This document shows, piece after piece, positions 13,696 to 28,716 of a DNA stretch of 64,000 nt; the first letter of the stretch is position 1; every line of letters starts with the position of its first letter. Both the position numbers and the translations under genes were made by a program. Under the pieces are notes generated by a model, which worked only from the letters and a program-made list of their open reading frames with translations, was not told the origin of the DNA and ran no database searches. Origin of the DNA: Trichoplax adhaerens (taxonomy: Eukaryota > Animalia > Placozoa); NCBI RefSeq assembly GCF_000150275.1, contig NW_002060979.1, positions 280,612 to 344,611 on the forward strand. The letters run 5' to 3'.

Positions 13696-15051
13696 TGTAG
13701 TAAAGGACTAAAAGTAGACTCCTTTATAGCTTTTAGTATGTAACTAGTATTATTGTTTTACTATAGAAAGTACCTATAAAGTGTCTTTAAGTTTTACCCT
13801 GCCAAATCATCATGTCACCATCTTTTCTTCTTCATTATTTTACAAGGTATAATATAGATTACTATAGAAGTAGCCCTAGAGCAATTGCCTAATCTAAAGA
13901 AAGGGTGTTAGATAGTCTATTCAAATTGTAAATGAATTTGACATGTAACAAAATCCTATCCATGGAGAAAGGGGATTTATAACATGACAGTAATGTACTG
14001 TAATGTAGTCTATAATCGTACAGTTATCGTACAACTTGACGCTAAAACATTAACCGTCAGTACTAAGCGATACTAATGTCAGAAAAGTAGTCGTAGTAGT
14101 CACATAAAATTTCTTGATAAGCCATTCCTGTGATCTTTATAAAATCCGGATTTTTCGAATTCGGATTCCGGAACCAGTCGAATTTATCTGTTCTAATTTT
14201 TCTGTTTTAATTTTTGGATTTTAGTTTATGTAAAATATCGTAAGAGTTGATTTTTAAAATTTGAACTTTTTGTTATGAATTTGAAACTTTGGAATTTCAT
14301 GACGTGACATGAAAGTCACATTAGGAAAGATTAGTTAGGAAAATAGAAAATAAGATGGAAATTGGCGGAGGTTGTGTTGATTGTTAAGTAGTTAGACAGT
14401 TATTTTTATGACTAAATCGTGATATTTAACAGGTTAATTTTTAGACTTTTATAATGTATTAATGATAGAAATTATATTAGAAGTGAAGTTTGATGTATTT
14501 TATAGTTAACTTGTTGGTTTTATAGTGTTTTGTAAGGGAATCATAGGATAAATTTTGTCTGAGCTTTGAATGATTTTTGCTTTCTTAAATGGTGCAAAAT
14601 AGTTTTGTAAAATGGTTCTTAAGAGCGATTGGTTAGTAAATGTTTAGTTTTAAATATCTCTGACAACTCTACAAAGTCTATAAATGATAGTGCAATTAGA
14701 AAATTTAGAGGGAGAGTAGAAGAAGATTCTGTTGAAGAACTTGTTGAATTTGAAAGGCCTTCGGGGTCGAATTGTCGTAAGTTAAAACATTTTTCTTTTT
14801 GAAAGGTTGTTTAATTGTTGACAGTTTTTAAGTCTGTCACTTATTTTATTTATACTTAAAGCTAAGTATTTGTGAGTTTTTTCGGTTTATACTTCGCTCC
14901 ATTTTTTTTGTGTAATAAATTGTTGTTCGATTATTTCCCCAAATTTTATTTGGTGTCAAAGTTTCGTTAAGTCGACCGGAGTGCAACGAAAGTAGAATCA
15001 TAGTTTATTAAAGTTTTGTAGCTTGATCTCTACACTTTTCATTTCATAACA
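13696..15051. mobile_element. ~1.35-kb solo-LTR-like element (family A, copy 1)
   Basis: TG...CA termini and a 4-bp TSD CTAT (13692-95 / 15052-55). Along its whole length it is the reverse complement of 62454-63780. The empty site is preserved at ~12520. Confidence 0.88.
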
Positions 15052-18000
15052 CTATCTAATCCTAAATTAAGGATATCAGCTGTTAACCACTAAAATTAGA
15101 ATTAAGAACACCGTAAAATATTTATAAGATATAAAGATATATAGAACATAACATAGAAATAAAGTACATGTCAGGAAGATTAATTTTGTAATACTCTGTA
15201 GAATATTAATTTGGTTAATTTCTAATAGACGAGGTGACTTGTATACTTAAACCAGTTTTAGATACCGAAAGCTATATAAGCGGTGGCTTCGCCGACAATA
15301 AATTAGATTGTGAATTTCTAGTAACTTTGAAAGTCTCGGCGTTTTAAATTCTATCTGTCTAGGTATATCAATAGACTGGTATTCCAAATAACAGTAGGTT
15401 AATACGTCAATTACAGTTCTATTTCCACCTCAAACCTTAATAGTGACTCGAAGCCCTACTGTATATAGTTATCTGTGCTCTAGCATAGAATCTTCCACTA
15501 CAGTCTATTTTTATCAACTAGTAAATATATCTTAAGATAATTATAGAAAGTCATGCTACCGTACATCATATTAAATATGGCTAAAAGTCTACAACCATAA
15601 TAGCACGTTAAGTTACATAGCAATAGATTAGTTTAATTTTGTAATCACGATTGTATTAACATATAAATTATAGGTTTTAAGTCATTAATTTAATTTAATT
15701 ATAAAGCTTTCCTTTCTTAGCGAAGCTTAGTTCTAACTAGTGGAATTAATACCAACAATGAAAATATGATGTTGATGTCTTTTTGCGGTTCTTGTGTGTT
15801 GTAATTCTTACTAAAATGAAATTTCAACCGTAACTGTTCAGAGACCGCTAAAAACATTAATGAATTCAATCTAATAATTAAAAATCAGCCCTGGTAATGA
15901 AATTAATACGCTTATTATGAATCGTACTAATATACTGTATGATCATTCTCGAAACAGATATTTCAGTTTACATATTCTGCTCTCTTCCTATGTTAGTAAG
16001 TCTACTATTTCATAAATTTTTGGTCTCATTATGTCTTATCTATAAATAAAATATACTAAAATCACAGATTGAATAAAATTAAATTTACAGCAGCTCGGTG
16101 GGGTTTATTTGAGTAATAACTTAGATTTATGGTACTAAGTTATAGTTCTTCTTGGCCATACGTCAAAATAATTATAATCTGATCTATTGGACTTTGATAA
16201 TAGTAATCACAGCCGTTGAAATTCTATTGTTATAAGATATATAAAGCAAAAAGGTCAATAAAATAGTAATAAAAGAGATATGTTATTGATCTCTGAAGGT
16301 TTCGAACTACTTAAAGGCGGTTCTGGAATGTGACTTTTATTAATGCTTTGATCAAATTATAGATATCGACTCTAACGATATATAAAATAAAAAAGTACAA
16401 TGTTAGCTTAGTATTTTTATTAAACACAGATTTCATTTATAGCTAACAAATAGTGTACGCCTTTATAGACAAAACATGTTTTAATCCCGTTATGAATCAA
16501 TTTCTATTATTAAAATTAGATTTCGGGATAGGTGATGATGCTACTTTTAATTATACTGTCTACTATTATCACAAGGAAAATCTTAAAATCTTTTGTAAAA
16601 TAATGACTAAGTATTATTACAAAGAAGATTAAAGCGAGCTATGAAATCATCATCGTAGTCTATCGTTCTCTCAAAACTTGTATATTATAATATTTGTTTA
16701 CTACCACATTATAATAATTAGAATGTTAAGTGCGGCAGGCTTAAATCATTCATTCAATCCTAAAGCCAAGGTTTCATTAAATATTGTACAAAATTTCAAT
16801 TCTAGTATAACAAGCTAGTGACTGTTGCTGTCTGTATGATTACGTGTGTATGATCATAATACAGATAAAGTTAGAGTTTGCTAACTGAAATCTATGTGAG
16901 TCAATAACTAGCATAGGCAAAGAATTCATCTAATTAGTTGATAAATTATGTGCTGAATATCTTGCGTTGATAATATACTAAAAATATTGATGAAAACACT
17001 ATCAGATCTTCTTGCTTCAATTGTAAATTAAAAAGATGGATAGATGATTAAATATTCTATCAAGAAATATTAGCTAAAACCTATTAGCTAAATCTTCAAG
17101 ACTTAGTGAGTGCCATCTTTCCATTACAAATATTTTTTTTATAACTTCAGGTGTGATTTTACTGTAACTCTTTAATACTATCATCTAACTTGTTATTGTG
17201 AATAAGTTTTCGGATTAGAAATGTAAGTAATATGTGATTTAATATAGGTGTTTTCCATGTTTGCAATACTAATACAGTTAATATTACAGCATTTACTGGT
17301 GCTAATATGATATTTTTAGTGTGAGTTTATAATCTTCGATAAGTATTATTTATAAACATTCTACGATAACAATATGTTCAAAGCTATAATCTGGAATCTT
17401 TTAATTTGTGGTCTATAAGATATTAATAACTAGTGAGAATTCCTGTATTTAAATCTAAGTTTACTGTGTTAGCTTCTTGAACATTAATTAATGATCTCAG
17501 TAATGTATAACCGTTACAATCGCTTGTGTAACATAGAAGCTGCTTCTAATGACAGCCAAGCACAGATACTAGTCTTCCATAAGATCGAATCTAGAACTAC
17601 ATCATCAAAAGAAACTTGCTTTCTAATCTTCTAACTACACTAGTGACCAGCTACAGAGATGATAGGGAGCTTAAGACTGATAAACAACATCAGCTATCGT
17701 ACATATACTATGTCAGTTGTCATATACTCTTAGATCTAAATTAGTGTAACTTTGTGCTCTTAACTAATTACCAGCTATTTACATATATAGGATTACTTAT
17801 CACGATACTCGTGTCTTAATAATAACTTCCGATTCGAAACCGCAATCTAGCACTACTGGTATAATTTACTATAGAGAAATCCTGTATCTCAACTTTGCCT
17901 GTGATAAGCGAAATTATTTTTAAAGCAAGACTTACAAATTCTAATGCGGTCGCAATAGCTCCATTTTAGAGTAATATACGAATATTGATGTAAGAATTTA

Positions 18001-20592
18001 TGTGCTTATGATCAATATACGTAAAATGGCAAAATTTTATTTTTACTCCTGTATGTTCCGATACTATAAGTATAAATTAGCAATACATGAGCCTACTGCT
18101 TTACATCTATTCACTCTTAAAACATTGTGGATGTCTTTACTGTAAGAAATGCTATCTATATTCGTATCAGGAGGCCAGGAAAAATAGAAGTTATTTATTT
18201 CTTTAAATCATGCAAGCCATAATTCTTTTAAAATTTTGCTTAATTGATACTTTATCCACTTGAACCTCTAAATAACCTACTCTTACTAGCATTTTGATTA
18301 TGCTTTTATAAGAAAACTTCAATTGTAGTAGTTAGTACAGTATATAATAGCATGTGGTAAGTAAACGAAAGTCTGTTACTATTTAGTTTAAAATGAATTT
18401 CTTTAAAACAGTCTGATGAAAGCCAGATAGTGGAGTTGAAATGATACAGTAGATCGAAAATGGATTTATCTTATTTGTGTAGGAATATAACCTATGAAGA
18501 TTGTGATAAATTGAATATGAAAAGTGCTTAAAATTTATATTTTTGCAGTACTAATATGGGAAACAGTTAAGCAACTAATATTGCCGCTGACTAGGTTTAC
18601 TATGACAGCTTAATCACTTAAAATATTTATAATGGGAATTAATATGGTTTAGTAAGATAAGTTAAGTATAATATTTTTGTGTTTTAAAAAGAGTTCATCA
18701 GCTGTTATGATTACATTTACTTTTAGCAATGATAGTTCGTATTACCTCTGACTCCGGATAAAGCTTATTCGGAGTAAAAGCTATTAAAATTATCCGTGTA
18801 ACATAGTGTTTCACAGTGTACGATTAATGAATAAAGGTTAGCTTCTAGTTTTAGCTGAGCATAGAGCTATTTCTAAACGGTTTAAACTAAACTAATCCTT
18901 TATCACAATAACTGGTGATTAGGATGTACCGCTCCAGTCCGTATCTTAACTTTATGAAATTCTATTGTTGCGAATAAATTAAGGCGCTCGTAATGAAATT
19001 AGGCCGGACATTACAGTTTAACCATTTCGAGAAATGATTAGCAAACGAATTAATTAATTGAGTCTATCTAATCCTGAAGCTGTCATAAAAAATTTTTGTA
19101 GCCGCAAATGTTCTAAAGATAATATTATTTCTTAGAAGTTATATGCATTTAATTTTTGCTACCTAAAAAGGTAGTGTGATTAAGTATACAATATAACGAC
19201 GATAATGATCAAATTTTTTGATTTTGCACAGAAAAACCAATACATATTTAGCTCATTAAAGAATTAACGCATGATCTTAGGCAATCATTCGTCTAAATAA
19301 GGGTCATAAGATCTGACTAGCATCATCTTACTTCTATATTTTTATTAGCATTTTTAGTGCCTAGCTGAGATCTTGTACGCGTAACTAAGAAAATTGAGAT
19401 TTTAGTGACATTACTATCTTTAACGATTAAAATTGGATCAGTTAGAATGAATGATAACATATTAATTTCAATTGATAATAGCAATCAGATAGCTAGATAC
19501 CTTAGCCTAAAAATTTTTTTATATAAAAATTTAATTATAGGGCTCAAAGTTTGATTTCTACAAATATTGGTGTGCTTCTGAATAAGAATTCCGGTCCCTT
19601 GTTGAATAAGGCAAAAAAAGTAAATTCAGATAAACAGGAGACCTTTCTAAAAATGTTAGAGGAGTTAGGTCACAATTTTTGGCGGTAGGTTTGTGATGCA
19701 TTTCAAGATATTGTGATACTTAAATTTTGTACGGTTGTGAAAATAAACAATATCATTACTTATTTGGTCTATCTGCGATGCTAATTTGAGATTAAAATCA
19801 GAAGATCGACAATTGATCGATAGTAAGGTTTCGCAATTGATAAGTTAAAGTTTTTGCATGTAAATTTGAAATAGATCTTTTAAATTCCTATAATACACGT
19901 ATAAATTTCTCTTGACGTCTATTTACCTATCTGATGACGTTAATATTATTTTAAAAATTCTATCTTTGGGAAGCTATTAAATAAACGCCAGCATTGAATA
20001 AAAGATTTGACAATTGGCTACTATTAACGAAAAATGTAGGTATTGAATTCATTTACACATTTTTATTATCTTGATCAAATGATGGATTTCAACTTTTATC
20101 ACCAGCACCGGAATTGAGACGGTTATGCTGCAGTGCTCTAATGAAATGATAATAATACATTCTACGGAAGTATTCTAACCTATTAATGCATCGAAAATAA
20201 TCTTTTGTCCTTGCAGCATACTGAAAATATATTACTCTATGTGGTATCAATTTCAGGAGTATTCTTTACCTGTTCTACGTTTGGAATATCGTTTATATTA
20301 CGATCATTCAAATTAATTGAGATTCAATCATTATCTCATTTTTCAACCAAATAATTAGTTGATATGATATTAATCAAATATGACATAAACATAATCCTGA
20401 AAGAATGATCGATTATAATATTATAAAAGTGGTTCATATTTTCTTATTAAAAAGAATAGTCTAAGATAAACTGTAAGTCAATAGAGAGCTGGAAGTATAA
20501 AATACTTTAATTTTACTTTAGATACGTTTATTTTCTACGTTTAATTTGGAATTGACTTTGCTGTCTTTCAGTGATTTTCGAAAGGGTCAAAT

Positions 20593-23500
20593 ATGATATT
20601 AAAACATTTAGCTAATAGCAAGATCCTCTATGTAGCTTTGGTAAGTGCCATATTTTCCGTAAAGTAAAGATAATATCATGATTGTGTTTTAAGACTTGGT
20701 ATATTTACTAGCTTGTAGCAATAGTTATCGCGAAACGTTTGGCTGTTATAGTTATATATACCGTTATATAACCAGAATAATGCATTCTATACCTAGATAA
20801 TTTCTATTTAAGTTTAAACTTTTCAGTTATTGCTGTAATAAAAACATGAAATATGGCTTATTTTCATGTCTTCGCCTTATATATTTATTTTCTGTCCGAT
20901 GAAAAAGTCAGAATCTGTATCTTAAGCCCTCTGCAGTACAACTGTAAACTTACATGTTTTTAAGATGTCTTAGTATTTGATGCAGCCTGACAGTTTATAA
21001 GTTAATATCTTCCAGTGTCAATTTTAAACAATTTAACTAGATTTTCTTTACGTAAATGCTTGCAATCTACAATTTTGTAAATTTTCTCTTTCTAGTGGCA
21101 TTCCTATATTCTCGTACGTTTTATTTACATTTCTATCTTAGACCTACCTGAAGCCTTAGTTTTTCACGGAAGAAAATTTCACTACTGTGCTTTATAATCA
21201 TATAGTTATTGCATCACAATTGCTCTTTCAATCGTTTCTTTTTATCGCAGTGCGATTGTGATTATAAATCTTAGTTTCGTAGACAATGATCTTTGATTTA
21301 TTTACCGTTGCAATTTTTATAAAGTAAAATTTAAGTCTTATTACTTAGTTTGTAAATCTTACTTTATGATTAAACTAGATCTGCGGATGTTTCTGTCAGA
21401 CTCAAGCTCAAGAACAATCTATTGGTAAGTTAAATTAATGCAGAATTTTATGTTAGTAGTGAAACCTACACCTAGGCTAATCCATGAACTCTCAGGCATT
21501 GGTTACAGTAATTCTTTAGATATAGCATATTATTACTAATCTTTAGGGTTTATTTCTCACATTTATTTATTCAAGTATATAACTTTAGATAACATATTCT
21601 GTATCAGCATATCTTAAGTTATTTGAAACAATTATTATTAGATATGAATGGCTAGTTATAATACGAATATTATTTCATTTATGATGAACTAATCCGAAAC
21701 TTCTCTAAAATTTATAAAATTCAGAACTGATCATTGAATAGAATCTGAGTGTAGTTATAGAATCAATATGAATCTTTTCATCAGAAGTATCTGTTAAGCT
21801 AGTTTTCATAAGATAAATATTGTACTGTTTATTTGATAGCAATAAATTTCCGTAAGAATTAGCTTGTGCTGCAGTATTCAGAATAGTATATGTTTGTATC
21901 CATTGTTTATGACAAGAAAAAGCTTAGTTTAAGGTATATTATGAAAATGTTTTGCTGAATTTAACTTCAAAAATTTTGCCTAAGTTTTCATCTAACTTTG
22001 CTAGCATATCGAATGTTGTTTAGCATCAAAAGAAGACTGTTTAAAAAATGGCCTAAACTGTAGCTCAGATGCTGTCTGTTCATCCATGACCAACGGCTCT
22101 TATGTTACTTATATATGCTCATGTAAATCAGGATTTAATGGAGATGGATTTAGATGTTACGGTAAGATTATTAAAAAGAAATTTTTTAAACAAATTTATA
22201 AGAGTCTGTTTCTACACTTTATAATACCATTTATTTAACTTAAATTTATGTAAGTATCTCCATTCTTCCATTGATGTTCCATTTTGGGTTCTAAGATATT
22301 CAGCTTTGCTTATATACGGCAACATATTTTAATGATAAAATGGTTGTCTGCGACTTTATGTGAAATTTGCTTATCTTATTATCTTACTAGTCCTGATGAT
22401 AGAACTTCTAAGATTATGTCTTGGCAACTTTAGTTCTAACGGAGAATCAATTTTAAAATGACAAACTACAATATTGAATTTAATCAATTGAAGAGTGAGT
22501 AGTTATTAGAAGCTTATACTTACAGTAATAACGTTATGAACTTTCAAAAATTTTATCAAGAAGTATGATTAGTAATTAGTAATATCGCTCTATCTTTACT
22601 TAAATAAACTAATAATATTAATGAAAAACTTGTCTGAATACTAAGCGTAGGCTAGAATGTAGTGAATAGTATGAGTCAACTTGAGTTGTTGATTTGCTCT
22701 TAGATATCATAACATATACATGGTATGAAGTTCTTTTAACAGTCCACTATCGTCATCAAAATAAACTGAAAAAATATTTACGTGAAAATTTCTTAATTTG
22801 AAGCCCAAAGCTTAAAATTAAAGGAAATGGCTTTCGGAAGTTTTCAATTTTTATATTGAATTTTAGACATTGATGAATGTGCAGCTCAAGGAATTGGTAT
22901 TGGAAGTCCTTGTCCCCTAGAAAAAAATCAAGTTTGTGTTAATTCTATTGGCTCATATCGTTGTGTTTGCGCGAGCTATGCCCGTAATGCGAGCTACTTT
23001 AAAGACTGTAGAAGTAAGTCAGTAATTTTAGAGATAGTTAAATATATGATATTAAAATTGTTAATTTTATAATTTGAGGCATTGAAGAAATATAATCTCG
23101 ACCTTAGAAAGTTTATTGAATTCTTTTGTCTAAAAGAGGAAAATTTAGATTTTATTCTTCAAATGGTTATTTTACTTTTAAATATTTGGAAATTAAGGGT
23201 GCAAGTTAAATTGCGAGAACGGAGGATATTGTCTGGTGAATAACAAGGATTGGGCATATTGCAGGCAAGTATTGAGAAACTAAGATTATTGCAGTGCTAC
23301 ACAATAGATATGCTGCGCTTATCTTCGAATGAGGTGACTACTAAGAAAATAATGTAGGGTTGAAAAACTAAAGAGAAATTGATTCTAGAAACTTTGTAAA
23401 TTATACCTGCAGTATTAGAGAATTTTGAGGTAGCTAACTTAAAAAGTTGACACTAATAATAATTCTAAAAATAATTATACACATATGTCACGAATGACGC

Positions 23501-25476
23501 TGCAATAAGAAAGAACTTATTGTGACTTTGGTATAAAGTAGAAGAATTCTGGCTGAGATTATTCAGCTTTACCTACAAATATCCTTAATTTCATTAACAG
23601 AAAAATTGCCTACCAAAAGAAGCTATTTCAGTTACCAATATTACTAATTTTTTGAAGTTCAAAACACTAGTAAGCATGCAAACAAGTTCTATTGCGATTT
23701 AATAATAAAAGTTTCTACTATCTTGCCATTAATGATTAGGTATTGCAAAATTTAATACTCATTTCGTACTCTAGTTTATGCAAGATATAAATTTAAGCCA
23801 TATTTTGCGAAATTTCGTTCTACAGTCAGTTTAGGCTTAAATAAGAGGACGAATCTAGTTAGAAGATAGAATAAATAGTTTATTAAGATATTCATTTAGA
23901 TATAAATACTCCAGATTGGACGTAACCAATAAAACGGGACCTTGATCGCGCAATTATGAGTACTCCAACAGTGAGTATTTCATAAGTTGCAGACGCAGCA
24001 AGTTATTCACCGCATTGACTTAGTTATTGATTAAGTTTTACTTTATTTTTTACTTATTAACAATGATGTGCATCATTATACTGACATTTAATATTAGTAT
24101 TTACAGCATGATAAATCGAAATTACGTTAATCATAAGATTACTACTTTGTAATACTAACATCATTGTAACAGTGTACTTATTATACCTGTTCTGATGAGG
24201 ATTTACTGTAAAGGCTAGTTAGAAGATAATATTTGTAGCTGAAAATACATCAGTTGAAAGGTCGCTATCAAAATAATCAAGAACTTCGTATAAGCTAGTA
24301 TGAACGTGATTTTGCGGAAAAAATACCGAAGAGATATTATTTCCGAATGTAACATACAGAAATAATATATCATTTAAATTATAGTTGGCAATATAGGAGC
24401 CTTGCTTTTAAATTTACGAGCATTGGTTAACGAAAATTCTTTAGGTTTTTCTGTCTACCATTTAATAGCTCATTAAATTTATTAACCGTACTGTTTTGTT
24501 TCAGATGTGAAGCTAGTTATACTGGCCATCTTTGCGATAAAATTGAACCATTAGCAAGTTAGATTCTGTACCAACCTCTTAGTTAATCTATGAATTACAC
24601 GCGTTTATCTGAGTTAATCGATTTATAAATATTTCCTTACTAGGTTCGACAGTAGCCATTATTGTAGCTATATCTGTATCTGTACCAATTGGAACATTAT
24701 TGGTTGGCTGTTACTTATTTCTTCGTTGGAGGAGTGAACAAGGGTAAATATGCAGATATCTTTTCCTGATACTATAACATTTTAAACATCTTCAATATGA
24801 TTATATGGATTACTTCATATTGATATTGTATAAAAATTAACCTAAAGTTTAAAATAGTGCTATAGAGTACCACTGCAGTATTTTAACCTTATCTAAGTGA
24901 ATTGAATATAATCTAGATAACTAGTGACCTACTTAAACCGTAGTTAATAATAAACTTAGGTATTGTTTAAATGAATAGATCGATATGTCGTTTTCAGTTT
25001 TAAACTGTACAACTTCGCTGCTTTGATTATTTAACATCGAGATAATAAATCTGGTATCGCCATTGCAATTATTTGACAATGTCTTATAAGTGTACGTATT
25101 TACTGATTATTTCTAATATAAATATGGTGAATATTAAAACAAATATAACTTAGATAAGATAACATATTATAAAATACTTCAAAACTAAAAATAATTTGAT
25201 TAGGACAGCTGATGTACCGTATTATATGAAATTCTCATACAGTTTAATTTTGTTTACTGTTAACAATAAGTCTAAAATATGCTTGTAAAAGATCATTTAT
25301 TTCTGACTTCCTCCAATTATTTATGGATTCAATTGAAAAGGGAGAAAAACTATCGCCGCAACAGATTAAATAGGGATCAATCTACAGTCCGCAAGTGTTT
25401 GACCGGAGAAGAAACTGCAATGTGCAAATCGTTGAGTGAATTTGAAATGTCCAGTAAATCAAGTAATTTTGCCTAA
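20593..25476 (+). CDS. Gene 2 (complete, 244 aa): signal peptide-EGF-cbEGF-EGF-TM-tail; paralogue of gene 1
   Basis: Exons 20593-20640, 21379-21424 (MILKHLANSKILYVALICGCFC-QTQAQEQSI signal peptide), 22024-22161 (KEDCLKNGLNCSSDAVC..CSCKSGFNGDGFRC), 22867-23013 (DIDECAAQG..VNSIGSYRCVC), 23198-23264 (GC donor), 24505-24557, 24644-24743 (TM VAIIVAISVSVPIGTLLVGCYLFL-RWR), 25341-25476 (= end of ORF 25279..25476). Total 735 nt, open frame. Confidence 0.85.
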
Positions 25477-28085
25477 AAATATACGGTTACGAGCATTTTG
25501 TGAAAAAAACGAAGTCGAACTGCAACGTCAGAGTAATGGACAATCTGGCAGATTTTTTCACTAGAATTTGATTCTAATATTTTATAAATCATATTTATTA
25601 GTAAATAAGATTATTATTCTCTAATAACAAAAGAAATTAATACTTATTATTGATCTATATTAAAGGTTAACTAAAAATATTGTGCTCTGTCATTGCCTAT
25701 ATAAATTAGACGAAATTACTGCCGTGCCTATAGCCATGCAATAAAAAATTTAATAGTATCCATTCGATTATTATCTTCTGTTCAGTCGGTAGGCGAACTT
25801 AGGAAATCTTAAAAGTATAGAAAGTAATTCTTGAATCCAGAAGCGTATTGTTTCGTTATTGCAATATTAGAAATATTTGATTTGAAAGTTCAAATTTTTA
25901 GATTTTGATCATTTTCAATTTCTTAAATTAATATTTTATCGCTACTTCTAATTATTACGGGTATGCACTAGGCGGGTAAGCATTTTAATGATTTCAAATC
26001 AGTCGGAAATATACCTCTATTTCGTATGATGAAAACTATATTCGTTATGATCAATTTCTTTTTGTTTCTTTATTGTTTTCTGTAATCTGAATAAATAATT
26101 ATTATCTAGTCTTGATGAATTTCCTATCACTATTGGAAATTTGTTTGTCACTTAAATATAACGATTTCTTAATTTTTAATTATGGATAACAATAAATGAT
26201 ATAAATAATAGAATGATTTCCTTGACATTAAGAGAATACTGCGTTCTATAGCTTATATAATGTAAAATAATAATGATTATTGGGCAGATATTTTAGATAC
26301 TAACAAGGCTTTTTGATAATTTATGGTTACATGAAAAAGCATTTGCTTTAATACCGCAATTTAGACACAGTAGCATATAGTATTAGCAATCCCATTATTA
26401 GGAATTTATTTTAAAATTCAGGTAATGTCTATGGTAGATCAAAAGTATTAAAAGATATTTACTGAAAGCAGATTGATATTTTATTCTACTCAGTCCTGGC
26501 CTGTTTGGTTTATAGCTTTGTATAGCCATATATTGTCATTTTGCTTAAGAGACAATTGTAATCTAGATAACTGTTCAGCAATAATGTAAGTTTTGGAAAA
26601 TAAGAGTAACTCTTTAGTATACTACAACACAAGAAATATGCGGATAGTAATTTTTGCGCTCAGTAGATCGAAATAACGAAATAAAAGCTAGATTGGTCTA
26701 AAGAATTAGATAAAGTGATTGTATACATCAATATTTCCAACTTAACTTGTCTATGTGTCAATAATGCACATTTTCTGAATCTAATATTAAAACCGCATAG
26801 TATTACATATGTTTTAAAGCAAGATATAAATAAGCTCAATCTTCTCTTAGTAAATATCCTGTAATGCTAAAAATAGTTCTTGAATGACTTTTACAATGTT
26901 GTGTAATACATTCGAAAGTATTTTAACTAATATCGAATCTCGCTAGATTATATTTTTAAATATTCATATCATTACTTTAAATAATTACCTACAATATTAT
27001 ATTATCTATTTTTGGAATAAAATTTGTTATAATAGAATGAACTTTAATTCTAAAATCACAGCTAATGATCTGCCTTAGAGATTGGAGTTTGTAACAGCTT
27101 AAGAGAAGAAAGCTGTCAGGTTTTACTTTAGAAAGATAGGAACGAGTTCTAAATGAAGGTAGCTGAAATTGGAAGCTATTGCTATATGCTGCTAACCTGA
27201 CTTGTGATAATAGAGTATATTATAAAAAATCTAGTTAATGTAAGGGCTTTAAATTGTTGATTATTTATTTTAAGGGATGATTTACTGAACATATCGAAGT
27301 TATCCGAAATATAAGGTTCTGTTCGACTTGTTCCTAGCAGACCATCACAGTTTCAGCGGCGAAACAGCTGAGACAACAGATTGTAAATGCTTGTTTAGAG
27401 AAATTTAGTGCATTGACAATATATTACGTTATTTATCACGTTATAGAATAAGATAAGATTCATACTATATGTCGATGGAACTTTGAAGAGTATCAAAGAC
27501 TGTAGTAATGCTCAATTAGCATATTATAATCTCTTTTAATAATAGAGTCGGTTAAGAATTGCCATTGACTGATACTTATTTACAAAATATAAAAGATCGC
27601 ATGAGTTTGATTTGCAAATTAGACAATAGCCATTCAGGTGGTAAATTTCTTTTTTTCGATAAAGCTTTAATAGATAGCGATAATTTTATTAAGTAAATAA
27701 TAGAATTTGTGGACATTATAAAATTTCGTTTTTATCAAAGTATAAGGTTTAGTCTATGAGCTAACTCAAAGTTTGTAACAATTAAAAACACAAAGTAAGG
27801 TTAAAACATCTTGCTTATTAGCAAAGCCTCTCACAAGGGTTCACCTGGAGACTTACCAACAATCACTAAATTTTGCATGAAATTTCAAGCTGGCAGTAAT
27901 AGGATAAATAGTTATTGCTATTTGAAGAACGAAAATGAAAATTGCCGTAGCTTTCGCGATTATATGCATGATGGTAATCATATTTAGTTTATCATATAAC
28001 ATTTAAAAATCATTTACCTTATCTAGGGATAATCTTTTAAAACCTACACTTGACTATGTTGACCTATTGATTAAAATTATGGCTT

Positions 28086-28716
28086 TGTCACAAAATAGCT
28101 TTGCAACAAGATAACGCAATATACGATCAATAAGTCAATTCCTTGAATCACGTATCAAGGAACGATATCTGCACTATCACATACACTTTTGCTCTACTAG
28201 CAGACTACACAAAGACTTAAACGCCTCGTATTTTACGTTAAACACTAAGTTGGACAATTCTTCTTTATTTCACGATATACTGCATTTATATGCTATTTCT
28301 CAATAGTTCATGATTCATAGTTAATACAATTAACATTAGAATCATTTACTGAATTAGATATTAATTTTAGCTACTGCTCCCTTAATGCAGACAACAGTAT
28401 TTACGAACATAGACATGTAATGACTAATACAGAATAGTCAGATTACGATATGTCCTATCACGGAACATTTCCATGATAATTTACAGTCTACCATAAGTAA
28501 ATTACAATCACAATGATTGGAACTGTAAGCAGATGATTTGCATTCCCTATTATAACTATTAATTTCAGTATGTGTATAAGTGTCACTGTCATAAAAAGTC
28601 AGTGCTATATTGAAATACAGTATATCCAAATTAGAAGTTAACTAAATAAGGATAGTCTAATAGAATTATCCTAACATGGATATTTCTACTGTAATACAGT
28701 ATATAACACTGTAACA
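28086..28716 (-). mobile_element. 631-bp solo LTR (family B)
   Basis: TG...CA termini; near-identical reverse complement of 38560-39191; 5-bp TSD with one mismatch, GGCTT/GGATT. Confidence 0.88.

Noticed and set aside
28438-28629. Twin 63-aa ORFs (28438..28629 - and 38647..38838 +)
   Set aside because: Both lie inside the two near-identical family-B LTR copies; their identity reflects recent duplication, not coding constraint.
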